A DNA stretch of 63,986 nucleotides, counting the filler, from Sanchytrium tribonematis (lineage: Eukaryota), in assembly GCA_018985235.1 (NCBI GenBank). It is 5 parts of 5 records of this genome, joined end to end, with 100 filler letters (N's around TTAATTAATTAA, not from the genome) between each part and the next. Parts side by side here need not be neighbours in the genome. Positions count along the whole stretch, not along the records: positions 54,285 to 63,986 come from JADGIG010000322.1; 4 more parts are not named here. The stretch is one strand, 5' to 3'. The notes beneath the pieces are model-generated. The model saw only the letters and a program-made list of their open reading frames with translations. It searched no databases and was not told the DNA's origin. This document shows positions 54,548 to 63,986 of this stretch, piece by piece. Numbering within the stretch: position 1 is the first letter of the stretch; each line of letters begins with the position of its first letter. The position numbers were made by a program, and so were the translations under genes.

Positions 54548-55495
54548 TTTACATCTCCAAAGAATATGCAAATACAAGTCACATTATCCTCTTCTCCAAT
54601 TTTTTGAAGTTGCTTGACCGCATAAGAAATTAAATGTCGAACGCATTTCTCAACTTGAATGGGAGGGGTTTTTTCAATGCCTTTCTCATCAGGGTCCTCA
54701 TTTGATCTTGAGAAATATCGACCACAAACCTTTGAAACCCCATCTTTGCTAATAGCATCCCACAATCCATCCGAAGCAAGTACAATAGCGAATTCACAAT
54801 TTTCTTCTTTTTCAGAAAACCCCCAAGAACCATTATTATTCTTTTTCCAAGATTCTGATAGCTTTAAGTCGTACTGTTGAATAGTAGGTTGTGCATTCAC
54901 TCCAACAGAAGTTGCGCATTCATCTCCAAAACTTCTTGTTACTGCTAGCCCTGGATATGGCAAAGTTGATTTATATATTCTTAAAGGTCCCACTAAATAA
55001 AATCAATATACTTGGATCACTTTTTTCGATTCTTCCTCCATTCTCTTGAATCCGCAACCTTTCACTGTCGTTGTCGCAGTTGTGATTAACCGAAGCAGAG
55101 TGAACACCAAATTCTGTTTTTTTCTTAGAACATATCAATATAGACGAATCTCCAACATATCCTAGAGTGGCGACTCCATTCTCATTCAGTATGAGAATCG
55201 AGCAAGTACTTCCACTCATATAGCAATCTAATTTTGACTGCCTTAATTCTAATTCCAAATTGTGAAAGCAACTGGAAATCAGATGTCTGTCCGGAGTTTC
55301 CAGGTTATCATCTAGATATATCGACAATTTTGAGCTAAGAAAATCAGCAACATCTCCCCCATTATTCCCATGCCCATCAAATACAGCATAAATTGCTCTA
55401 TGCTCGTATTCCTTCACCAGCATTCTGTCCTGTTGATGAGGACGACCGCCTTGATTTGTCTTGGCACAGTGAATTTGATATAGGCTTTTACTCAT
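54544..55495 (-). CDS. PP2C-family protein phosphatase (exons 55495-55012, 54992-54544)
   Basis: QQD, VFDGHG, VGDS, GLAVTRSFGD, LASDGLWD and DNVT motifs. Confidence 0.92.
54993..55011 (-). other. 19-nt spliceosomal intron
   Basis: GTATATTGATTTTATTTAG; spliced product reads SDP-M-GPLRIY, uniting the two halves of the catalytic domain. Confidence 0.9.
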
Positions 55496-55522
55496 TTCGC
55501 AAAATTTTGAAACAGAGTTTTA

Positions 55523-56020
55523 ATGAATTTTCGCAATCCAGTGCCGGAATGTAAGCCAATAAACCCTCCTATACTTTACAAGATCGAGGCATTTAGGCAT
55601 AATGTAGATCTTGAAATATCGATTATGAAAGAATCAGAAAAGCCTAAGGCTATTAAAAAATTACCGCCAATTGAGTTAAATCAAAATTTGTCCTTAGAAA
55701 AATTCGAAAATCTATCTGTCAATTCTATCGATCACAAGAAAGAATTGAGCTCCATTTTTTCGTCGCCATCCGCTTTACAAACCACTCCGGTGCCAAGTTC
55801 AACAACTTTGTCCAACTCACCTCTACCAGAATTACCAAAAACCACCTCTGTAGCAAATTTAATAGCAAACAAAATTGCAGCAACAAAAGGAGAATCCCAG
55901 CTTAGTTATGTCCCTATTGCACAAAATTTATTAGATATGGGATTTGAAGAATCGCTGATATTGAAGGCTCTACAATCATGTTCTACTCTTGATGAAGCTG
56001 TCAATTATCTACTGAAATAA
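55523..56020 (+). CDS. UBA-domain protein (possibly UBAP1-like)
   Basis: C-terminal LLDMGFEE..KAL...AVNYL UBA motif; N-terminus loosely UMA-like. Confidence 0.7.
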   Translation: MNFRNPVPECKPINPPILYKIEAFRHNVDLEISIMKESEKPKAIKKLPPIELNQNLSLEKFENLSVNSIDHKKELSSIFSSPSALQTTPVPSSTTLSNSPLPELPKTTSVANLIANKIAATKGESQLSYVPIAQNLLDMGFEESLILKALQSCSTLDEAVNYLLK

Positions 56021-58630
56021 TAAATCCAATAATCGTAGTGCCAAATTCTTTGATAGAGCACCATTTCTGGTTCTACAAAACTCGGATTGAATACAATTTG
56101 GACAACCGTCGTCACATTTGCATTTTCTTAACACTTCTTTTGATGTTAGTAACAATTGTTTAAGCTGTTTTGAAAGATGTTCGGCATTACTGGATCCACT
56201 TTGACCCTTGGAATAAAAAATAAGTCTTGCAGGTCTTTTTCTTTCCGCTTCTTCCGATCTGCATTCGCAGCCCATGTCATTTTCCTTTATTTCAAGCTTA
56301 ATATAGAGCAATTTGAGGACTGCATGCGATACAGAATGCAACGCTGGATATATGTTTTGATCATTTGTGCTATTAATTTTCTGCACATATTGCATAGGAA
56401 TATCCATCCAACAACCATTAAAAAGTCTTTCTATTTGAACAGGATCCTTTTCGACTTTAGCAAACATTCTATTAGTTGATAAATCATATTTTGAATAGCC
56501 AAAAAGAACACAAGTAATTTTAACAACTCCAAATACTATCATGTCGCCGTCTTTTCTCTTTTCGGGATCAATATTGACTATGTCATCCACTCGAGTGTAA
56601 TACTCTGTGTTGGTCTTGTACATAAGTGCAAATTTATCCTCGTGATTAACGTAATCAATTAAATAAGTTGATCCGAGATGAAGGTGAATACAACCAGGGT
56701 ATAATGTAAAAAATGCACGAAATTCCTCAATTTCTTCAATCAGCGTATTCGACCGCTTATCCATCAACTTGTAAGTATCTTCGTAATTCCCCCTGATATT
56801 TATAGATAGTTGGGGAATATTGTCATATTTTAATCTATTGTAATAATAAAGGGATTTATCTTCAATAAGATGATTAAAATTTCCTTCTTTAATAAAATCA
56901 TTATATTCTTCTAAGGACAATGGTAATTCTGCAGCTGCACAGGCCGCATGATCCCACTGAAGGGAAGGGTTTTTATAATCAACTATAATATCAGATAATT
57001 TTAATTCAAAAAACTCGTTAGGATGATTCATCCAGTATTGATCCAAAATGTGATCTCCGTTTGCGACTAATAGAGAAAGAGATTCCTGATTTCTTCTTCC
57101 AGCCCTGCCAAGTTGCTGAATATATGAAGAAAATCCCGGAAATCCCAAGTGAATGACCACATCGATTCCACCTATGTCGATACCTAATTCCAGAGCATTA
57201 GTAGAGACGACACAAATTAAATCGCCACTTTTGAATCGGGACTCTATGAGTCTTCTTTCGTCAAATTTGTATCCGGCACGATAAGACGAAAAATACTTGC
57301 AATAATCGAGAAAACCGTTTTCCTTTAGCTTTTTGTTGATTTCGAAATGTAGCTGTTCGCACTGCCGTCTAAATTGTGTAAATACTAATGTTTTGATCCT
57401 TCTTTTAGCAAAAAAAATTGCCAGTTCCGAAGCTTGAGATATACCCATTAATCTACCACTACCTCTTCTACCAGTAACAAAGGGAGGGTTCCACATCATC
57501 AAATGCTTGGTATTAGTAAGCGGTTGATTTTGCTCCACAGATTTGCATTTTTTTAACGTTAATACTTCAAAAAAGTTGGCCGCGTTATTGATTGTCGCTG
57601 AAAATCCTAAGCATTGCACTTGAAGGTTGTTATACTTGGCACATATTCTATTTAAACGCTTTAATATAAACATAACGTGACCACCGAAAGTACCATCGTA
57701 TATGTGACATTCATCGAGCACCACAAATTTCAAATTTGCCAAAAAATGCTTCCATTTTTCGTGATGGGGAAGTATAGCGCAATGCAACATGTCCGGATTG
57801 GTAAATATAATTTGACTTTGGTCTCTTATTTTCGATTTCTGATCTTGTAAAGTATCTCCGTCATAAGTGTCCGCATTAATGTTTAAATTTAATTCGTGCA
57901 ATAATTTTCTAATGCTTTTTAACTGGTCATTTGCAAGTGCTTTAGTAGGAAATATGTACAAAAAGGTACTGCACTCATCTTTTAAGCATTTTTCTATTGT
58001 TAATATTTGAAAAACGAGACTTTTTCCAGAGTTTGTAGATGTTGACACTATTACGTTCTCGCCCTGCCGTATTAGCTGAATTGCTTCACATTGATGAGAG
58101 TATAATTTGTGTATATTTTGCTCCTTTAAAATTTTGTCCAGTCGGTTATCGATTTTGCATTCAGACCTAGAGGGAGCGACCTTTTCAAATATTTTTTCAG
58201 CAACAATTTGATCCTTGTAAAATTCTTGCTTCTTTATCTGTTCAATCACTTTATTCATACTTTCATAACGAGAATTTAGGAAGAAGTCTTTTTGTGGAAG
58301 AGTTGATTTTCCAGATTCAATTGTAGACTGAATAAAAAGATTTGGATTTGTGTTTCTCGCAGATACTTTTTTCTTAAACAGCTCATTCCGATAGAGAATC
58401 ACTTGCTCTTTGTAGTCTTTTTTTCTTTTTTTAATGTCTGCGTTGTAAAATAATATTTCATCATTTGATAATTTGATCAGGCGCAACCCAATAAAAAAAT
58501 ATATATCTTCCATGGATATGTTTAGCTGTGGAAGCATACTCGTTGTGAATACGTATCCTTTAAAGGATAAAAACATGTGAAGTGTATTTAATTGTGAAAA
58601 TTTGGACTCTAATTGTGACAATTCCTCCAT
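56009..58630 (-). CDS. HRQ1: RecQ4-like DEAH helicase Hrq1 (DUF1998)
   Basis: LYSHQ, SGKS, PTKALANDQ, DECH, TNALELGIDIG, GRAGRR and C.C.DGCP.C motifs. Confidence 0.93.
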   Translation of the reverse strand: MEELSQLESKFSQLNTLHMFLSFKGYVFTTSMLPQLNISMEDIYFFIGLRLIKLSNDEILFYNADIKKRKKDYKEQVILYRNELFKKKVSARNTNPNLFIQSTIESGKSTLPQKDFFLNSRYESMNKVIEQIKKQEFYKDQIVAEKIFEKVAPSRSECKIDNRLDKILKEQNIHKLYSHQCEAIQLIRQGENVIVSTSTNSGKSLVFQILTIEKCLKDECSTFLYIFPTKALANDQLKSIRKLLHELNLNINADTYDGDTLQDQKSKIRDQSQIIFTNPDMLHCAILPHHEKWKHFLANLKFVVLDECHIYDGTFGGHVMFILKRLNRICAKYNNLQVQCLGFSATINNAANFFEVLTLKKCKSVEQNQPLTNTKHLMMWNPPFVTGRRGSGRLMGISQASELAIFFAKRRIKTLVFTQFRRQCEQLHFEINKKLKENGFLDYCKYFSSYRAGYKFDERRLIESRFKSGDLICVVSTNALELGIDIGGIDVVIHLGFPGFSSYIQQLGRAGRRNQESLSLLVANGDHILDQYWMNHPNEFFELKLSDIIVDYKNPSLQWDHAACAAAELPLSLEEYNDFIKEGNFNHLIEDKSLYYYNRLKYDNIPQLSINIRGNYEDTYKLMDKRSNTLIEEIEEFRAFFTLYPGCIHLHLGSTYLIDYVNHEDKFALMYKTNTEYYTRVDDIVNIDPEKRKDGDMIVFGVVKITCVLFGYSKYDLSTNRMFAKVEKDPVQIERLFNGCWMDIPMQYVQKINSTNDQNIYPALHSVSHAVLKLLYIKLEIKENDMGCECRSEEAERKRPARLIFYSKGQSGSSNAEHLSKQLKQLLLTSKEVLRKCKCDDGCPNCIQSEFCRTRNGALSKNLALRLLDLLFQ

Positions 58631-58684
58631 TGTAAGACAATAAAAAGTTACATGATATTTATTCAACTTTGACTATGAACGACT

Positions 58685-59320
58685 TCAGATATGGCTCAAA
58701 TCAATAATTTCTATGACTTTAACGTCCCCAGTCAGGTCAATGATGGTGCCGCATGTAATTTTATCATTTTTTTGCAGTCGAGATAAAGCGGCATTTGCTA
58801 GTGTATTGTTACTTAAAGGCCTATTTTTTCCGCCAAGAGTGTATCCAGGGGGGTTAGACTTGTATTTCCTTTGTGTCAAAAGTTTATTTTGGCCTCCGAG
58901 AATATGACCATTTTGAGCCTTAGAATTTTTGATATGTTCTCGTACCTCTTGCCAGTACTCATCTAATAATTTGTAGAAGCTTGAGTTGTGTGGCCCTATA
59001 AAACAATGCGTAATCTCATGCAAGAGCGTTCCAATTAAATCGTAGTCTGAAATGAATTTCGAATCGTTTTTTGGGAACCTCAATCTAATATGTATCGAGA
59101 ATAGGCTTTATATTTGAGCATTATTTCCTTTTCTCACAGTTGTGGATTTCTTACCTGTATTCATGCCCAACAAATTCGGATTTTTTGGGAAAAATTCTTG
59201 TATATACAATTCTAAATTTAGTCTATCAATTAAAGGTTTGGAAAAGCCATATATTCTTTTTAAAATAGCTAAAGCTTCCTCGTGATTTTTCTTCTTTAGA
59301 ACTTTAAATTCCACCGTCAT
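58685..59320 (-). CDS. WSS1: Wss1/WLM metalloprotease, interrupted by an in-frame TAA at 59110-59108
   Basis: EFFPKNPNLLGMN, IRLR, HEITH..GPH, C-terminal SIM-like IIDL motifs. Confidence 0.8.
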
Positions 59321-59334
59321 GCAAAGGAGCAAAA

Positions 59335-59649
59335 ATGTTTCCAGACGAAAGTTTGTCTCAGGTGGCATTTGCACAATCATTCGATAAGATACCAATTTGT
59401 CATTTTTTGCATGCATTCGATAGATACTCAGCCTGCTATACGGCGAGCTACCAATTAGGATCCTTATTTCGCTATGGGTCTTTTCCCGATTGCACCCAAA
59501 AATGGAAAGATTTTAAATTTGCTTTATCATTGACTACAAAATCGAAGGAAGACAAACTATTTTTCTGCAAAGAATACTTCGGAAAGCAAACGGATGTCCA
59601 AAATGATCAGATTTTGAGGCCAAAAAACCAGCTTATGAAGCAAAAGTAA
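59335..59649 (+). CDS. EMI1: Emi1/DUF3128 family protein
   Basis: C...FD....CY....Q...RYG...DC..KW.DFKF pattern. Confidence 0.75.
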   Translation: MFPDESLSQVAFAQSFDKIPICHFLHAFDRYSACYTASYQLGSLFRYGSFPDCTQKWKDFKFALSLTTKSKEDKLFFCKEYFGKQTDVQNDQILRPKNQLMKQK

Positions 59650-59663
59650 AGACAGAATTTACT

Positions 59664-60578
59664 TTACAAATCATCAATGTCCTCGTCTTCAAAAAGACTA
59701 GCATCGACTTCCGCATCATCGTCTTGATTCTGCTTATATTTTGAAAGATCTAGCGCTTCTTCATCACTTTCATCTTGCATATTTTGATATTCTGGCACAA
59801 ACGAAAATAATTGCTTCCCAGACAAACCTTGTGCTTTTCCAGCTTTTATCAAATTTTGCAATTCGGCCTCTTTCTTCGCTTCATTTTCAGCCTTCGCTTT
59901 TAGTCTATTTTCCTTCCACAATTTAAAAGAGTCTTCAGTGACTGGTGTTAACTTGGAAGGCAAATTTTTTCTCTCTTCCTCAATAAAATCTTCTAAAGAC
60001 TGAACAGGTTTGTTATCACTATTTGCGTCTTTCTTTTTCAGTACAAAACCCGGAGGAAGGGCATGCCTGTACTTGCAGCTATTTCCACCAGCTGGACATA
60101 TCCAAAACCAGCCATATTTGCCGTCTTCGATGGCTTTTAAAAAGTGTTTGCAGATAATCGTAGTTTGATTGTTTTGAACGTGTTTTTGTTTAATTACTTG
60201 CTCCAATTTCGCCTGATCCCAATTGTCCATGGTATCCTCTTCTTCGTTACCCATTTGATCCCGCTGATCTACGTATACGTCGATTTTGGTGCTCTTTTTT
60301 TCAACGGTTTTAAACAATTCCGCCAGTTCTCTCTTCTTCATTTCCATTTGCTCTTTTTTCTTTCTCATTAGTTCAGCTTTGTCTTTGTTCTTATCTAAGC
60401 CAGCAGATGCTTTCTTTTTTGTTGCTTGATCGTCAGCTTGCTTTTTAACTGTGTTGACGTACTCTTGTACCTTCTTCGATTTGTTTTTATTTTTCAAGCC
60501 AAACGTTTTATCTTCAATTACTTGCTTTTTTTGTTTTTCCACTGTTTTCGACGAGGTATTGGTCTTTTTGGGAGGCAT
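59664..60578 (-). CDS. TMA46: Translation machinery-associated protein Tma46/ZC3H15
   Basis: EDKTFGLKNK, CKHFL.AIE.GKYGWFW.CP and YRHALPPGF motifs. Confidence 0.93.
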   Translation of the reverse strand: MPPKKTNTSSKTVEKQKKQVIEDKTFGLKNKNKSKKVQEYVNTVKKQADDQATKKKASAGLDKNKDKAELMRKKKEQMEMKKRELAELFKTVEKKSTKIDVYVDQRDQMGNEEEDTMDNWDQAKLEQVIKQKHVQNNQTTIICKHFLKAIEDGKYGWFWICPAGGNSCKYRHALPPGFVLKKKDANSDNKPVQSLEDFIEEERKNLPSKLTPVTEDSFKLWKENRLKAKAENEAKKEAELQNLIKAGKAQGLSGKQLFSFVPEYQNMQDESDEEALDLSKYKQNQDDDAEVDASLFEDEDIDDL

Positions 60579-60636
60579 TAGATTTCAAATTCGAGGGGTA
60601 TTCTATTTTACCGTTGAAATTTAAAGCATAAATTTA

Positions 60637-61254
60637 TTAAAATTCTTCCGATATTTGAATAGCAGCAATGATGTCTAATAAACTGATAACCCAGTTTTGG
60701 GCCATTGTGGAAAGATAACCTCTGTCGATAGGCATCGGAGAATAAATAGTATCATGATAAGATGATTTGATGAAATCAGACATTGCGGGAACTTTTTGCA
60801 AATCCAAAACGGAATATGCCTGTAATGCTACTCGCAAAACCTGACTGTAATGATCTGGACTAACATTGTAACGCAGCGCAAATTTTTCAATCAAGCTTCG
60901 AATAATTGGGTCGGATTCTACATTATCAAAATCCTCAATGTAGTTGTAAACGCTACGAATATTGTCGTAATTTAAATTTGAGAAATCAATATGCTCCGAA
61001 AATTCCCTCACTAGGTATACCCACAGAGAAGGAAATCTTGTTGCAAGCCACGTCAAAATCATTGATTGATGAAGTGATGGTGGAGAAAAGGAATCGTCAG
61101 TTGCTCCTTTAACTTCTAATTCCTGAAGATCTTCCAAGTATTTCACGACCTTGCCATCTAATTGTTCTAAATGGTGATCATACTTTTGATCAAAAGAATT
61201 GATACTCTCTTGCAATAAATCCAATTTCTGTCGGACCTCTAAGATTGCCGCCAT
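60637..61254 (-). CDS. Hypothetical helical protein
   Basis: 205-aa ORF that fits the dense gene packing. Confidence 0.65.
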   Translation of the reverse strand: MAAILEVRQKLDLLQESINSFDQKYDHHLEQLDGKVVKYLEDLQELEVKGATDDSFSPPSLHQSMILTWLATRFPSLWVYLVREFSEHIDFSNLNYDNIRSVYNYIEDFDNVESDPIIRSLIEKFALRYNVSPDHYSQVLRVALQAYSVLDLQKVPAMSDFIKSSYHDTIYSPMPIDRGYLSTMAQNWVISLLDIIAAIQISEEF

Positions 61255-61410
61255 TCAATGATGTTACAAGGAGTTTCAGGACTGTACCGTAAAGATCTGT
61301 TTTTAAAGGAAATTTTGACAGTGTCCAAAATAGAAATGCTCCTGATTGCTATGTAATGATGAAACTGAAAAAATTAAATAAACTGAGATATAGTACCCCC
61401 TTGAAGTCGG

Positions 61411-61659
61411 ATGCAAACTGAATTTAAAGACATAGAGGAATTTGTTACTTACATTACCAACGAATCTTCTGCTAGCAAATCCATTAGTATATCTAGTAAA
61501 AAGTACAAAGAAAATCTAATGTTAAGAGTAAAATTTGGCAATAAGAAAATTAAAAGGCTGGTAACTCCAGAAGAGTTGAAAAGCTTTTTATTTTTGGTAG
61601 GCAATAGAACTTTTGTGAGTAGAACGAAAGGCAGCAAAACTGATGACATTCAAGAATAA
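61411..61659 (+). CDS. SRP14: Signal recognition particle SRP14-like
   Basis: EEF...SISISSKKY..LMLRV..GNKKI..LV..EL..F pattern. Confidence 0.65.
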   Translation: MQTEFKDIEEFVTYITNESSASKSISISSKKYKENLMLRVKFGNKKIKRLVTPEELKSFLFLVGNRTFVSRTKGSKTDDIQE

Positions 61660-61661
61660 AG

Positions 61662-62411
61662 TCACAATTTACTATTTTGTAACATCACTGAATTCCAAAT
61701 TGACATTGAATGGAGTCCTGATTCCACCGAATTATCCAAAGCTTCAACAAGATATTTCTTGGTTCCGCGGATTGCTAGAGGCTCTTTTTCAGCAATAGTT
61801 TTAGCCAATATATTGGCATGCTGGACCATTTTAAGTTTGTCAGTGAATAATCCGGAGCAAAACCCCATATCGCTGGCTTCTTTCCCTGAAAAAAATCGGC
61901 CTGTCATGCACAATTCTCTTACAAGACTTTGATTTCCAACAATTTTCGGAAAGCGCTGTAGCGTTCCCACATCTGCGGCTAACCCCACATTAACTTCTGC
62001 AACAGAGAATTTTGAATCTGAAGTGCACAGGCGGATATCTGTCGCACTTACTAGGTCTATACCCAATCCAATACAATAGCCATTGATGCACGAGATGGTG
62101 GGAAAATGTAATTTCTCAAAAAGAGTAAAAGTAGATTGCCATTGTGATAAAAAATCTTGGATGTACAACGCCTTTTTGGCAGGCGTCTCATGCTCCTCCA
62201 GAATCTGGGACTTCAACGTCTTCAGATCTAGTCCACTTGTGAAATGATCACCATCTGCATTGATAATCATGCATCTGATGTCCTTATTCTGGGATGACTT
62301 CGTCAAGAGCTGCTGCAAACTCTTAAAGTCGTCGCCACTGATGCAATTTTTCTTGGAAATTTTGCTTAAGGTCAACGTTGCAATATGATTTTCAATTTTG
62401 AGAAGAAACAT
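61662..62411 (-). CDS. ECH1: Crotonase-family delta3,5-delta2,4-dienoyl-CoA isomerase
   Basis: FTSGLDL, GYCIGLG.DL and EVNVGLAADVGTLQR motifs; C-terminal SKL peroxisomal signal. Confidence 0.9.
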   Translation of the reverse strand: MFLLKIENHIATLTLSKISKKNCISGDDFKSLQQLLTKSSQNKDIRCMIINADGDHFTSGLDLKTLKSQILEEHETPAKKALYIQDFLSQWQSTFTLFEKLHFPTISCINGYCIGLGIDLVSATDIRLCTSDSKFSVAEVNVGLAADVGTLQRFPKIVGNQSLVRELCMTGRFFSGKEASDMGFCSGLFTDKLKMVQHANILAKTIAEKEPLAIRGTKKYLVEALDNSVESGLHSMSIWNSVMLQNSKL

Positions 62412-62430
62412 TGTTTCAAATATTATATAC

Positions 62431-62874
62431 TTATTTTTTAAGTAGTTTCTCGATAAAAACAGTAAATTCACTGCTTTTCTGGGGTCTCGAAGAAATAGTT
62501 TTGAAATTCAGGCAAATTTCGTCTACCTTACATGTGTGTATCAAGTTTAAGGATTGAAGCTTTTCAATTATCTCAACTTGATGATTCCCAAGTAGTTTTG
62601 AATTTGGAACTACCAACATCAGCTTTTTTCGTCTTAAACCATTTAAAATAGTACCTGTCCCGCCATGGCTTATAATGTAATCAGACTCATCATAATATTT
62701 GTTCATGTTATCGCAATAATCAAACATTTTAAAATTGCTTAATGGTTCAATTTTCTTTTTATAAGACCCTATTTGCATCACGACTGAGTGATTATCGAAC
62801 AAAGATTTTGAAATCAAGATTGAATCTATCAGTTCGTCAAAATTAGTTGTTCCAACAGTGACAAGAATTTTCAT
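62431..62874 (-). CDS. ALG13: UDP-GlcNAc transferase subunit Alg13
   Basis: VTVGTTNFD, ISHGGTGT and VVPN..L.NHQ.E motifs. Confidence 0.92.
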   Translation of the reverse strand: MKILVTVGTTNFDELIDSILISKSLFDNHSVVMQIGSYKKKIEPLSNFKMFDYCDNMNKYYDESDYIISHGGTGTILNGLRRKKLMLVVPNSKLLGNHQVEIIEKLQSLNLIHTCKVDEICLNFKTISSRPQKSSEFTVFIEKLLKK

Positions 62875-63001
62875 GTTTTAAAAATAACTTCACAAAAACT
62901 CAAATGTCGTCCGAACCGATCAATATGATTTAAATTTCGTAATAAATCAATGCGACTTTTTAAATACTATTTTTTACTTCATTTTTTGAAACTGATTTTT
63001 A

Positions 63002-63986
63002 ATGAGTGCCAAAGAAGTGAAGGATTTAATAAATGTCCTCCAGCAGTACACACCGGTATCGTCTATCAAAGATTCGCAAATACTTACGGATTACTTTAAA
63101 AATGCTGCTCAAATGCTTAACGAATTAAAAAATCAAAATCGTCAATTTCAGAAGGAAGTCATGGTTTTACAAAAGCAAATTGATATGAATAATAATGTTA
63201 AAAAAGAGCCGCTAATACAATTAAACGATCCAAAGGAATTGGAGTCTAAGATCCAAGAATATCAGGAGGGAATTATTTCTCGTGATGAAGAGATAAGAAA
63301 ATTGAAAGAGCTTCAAGCTATTCAGGCCGAGGAAATCAAAAACCTGAAGCCAGTAGGAAATGATGAAAAGTCAATTGGGGATCTTGAAAAAATAATTAAT
63401 CAACTGAAAAGTAAAGAAAGAGAATTAGAAGAGTTGAAAGTTATGCTTGAGAAGGAAAATCAAACTTTATTGCAAAAAAATGCCGATTCAATAACGCAAT
63501 TTCAGAGTTTGAGAGACAGCAATTCAGAGCTAGAGTCTACTGTATCTAGTCTCAATATGGAGATTAACACCTTAAAGAACTATAAATCAAAATATATGGA
63601 AACTGCGGAAGAATTTAATCAAGCCAAAGAAAAGATCGCATCATTATCAAAAGAAATCGAGTATCACAAAAGCAAAGTTTCTGTCAATTCTGAAGAAAAA
63701 ACGGAATCACTCTTGAATCAAATCAAGGAATTGCAAATCCAGATTGAAAAAAATAGAGATCATTCTGATGTCACAAATATGGGAGCCATCGGTGATGAGA
63801 ATCCAGTGGAAACCGAAATTAACCGACTTAAAGCCTTGCTTTGTGACAACAATGTAAAACTTGAAGAATCTGCTAAGAATTTGGCTTTTCGAGACACTGA
63901 AATTGAAAAACTTTCAAAAGAATTGCAAGAATGTCAAATGCATCTCGGAGAATTAACTTCAAAACTAGAGTTCATTGATTCTCCTA
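63002..63986 (+). CDS. Long coiled-coil protein, 3'-truncated by the window end
   Basis: ATG at 63002 (MSAKEVKDL...); E/K/Q/L-rich heptads; frame appears open to the end. Confidence 0.75.
   Translation, partial: MSAKEVKDLINVLQQYTPVSSIKDSQILTDYFKNAAQMLNELKNQNRQFQKEVMVLQKQIDMNNNVKKEPLIQLNDPKELESKIQEYQEGIISRDEEIRKLKELQAIQAEEIKNLKPVGNDEKSIGDLEKIINQLKSKERELEELKVMLEKENQTLLQKNADSITQFQSLRDSNSELESTVSSLNMEINTLKNYKSKYMETAEEFNQAKEKIASLSKEIEYHKSKVSVNSEEKTESLLNQIKELQIQIEKNRDHSDVTNMGAIGDENPVETEINRLKALLCDNNVKLEESAKNLAFRDTEIEKLSKELQECQMHLGELTSKLEFIDSP

Noticed and set aside
2577..55011. Apparent 3' bias of intron positions
   Set aside because: Detection bias: introns near 5' ends, or with lengths divisible by three, would be missed by ORF-joining.
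59108..59110. TAA reassigned to Gln, as in some aphelids and ciliates
   Set aside because: TAA and TAG terminate conserved genes at expected positions (NOG1, ARO1, the Ras CAAX end), and long genes have no internal TAR codons.

Overview
Eukaryotic, AT-rich, very compact genomic DNA. The window joins five contigs (1-13518, 13619-27101, 27202-40662, 40763-54184, 54285-end) with artificial 100-bp N44-TTAATTAATTAA-N44 spacers, so gene order across spacers means nothing. Gene content (pentafunctional AROM, Mim2, fungal-type Set9, a CBM19-like protein, an LRR surface family) suggests an early-diverging fungus or holomycotan with a reduced genome; this taxon call is inference. Contigs 1, 4 and 5 are gene-dense housekeeping regions with spacers of tens of bp or overlapping stops. 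Contig 2 holds decayed transposons: LINEs, two Ty3/gypsy fragments (one with a PHD finger), two Crypton-type tyrosine recombinase relics and a pogo relic. Contig 3 holds two LRR genes and a tandem array of five paralogous secreted/membrane proteins interrupted by Harbinger and Merlin elements. Main findings: (1) seven ultra-short GT-AG introns (six of 19 nt, one of 20 nt), each with A at position -6 and each extending or rejoining a reading frame; (2) a PA14/fibro-slime surface receptor whose integrin-beta-like double-NPxY tail appears only after splicing; (3) the five-gene family with dibasic cleavage sites, three members sharing a near-identical 5'/signal-peptide cassette; (4) an intact Harbinger inserted at codon 2 of one paralog, a possible reversible switch.
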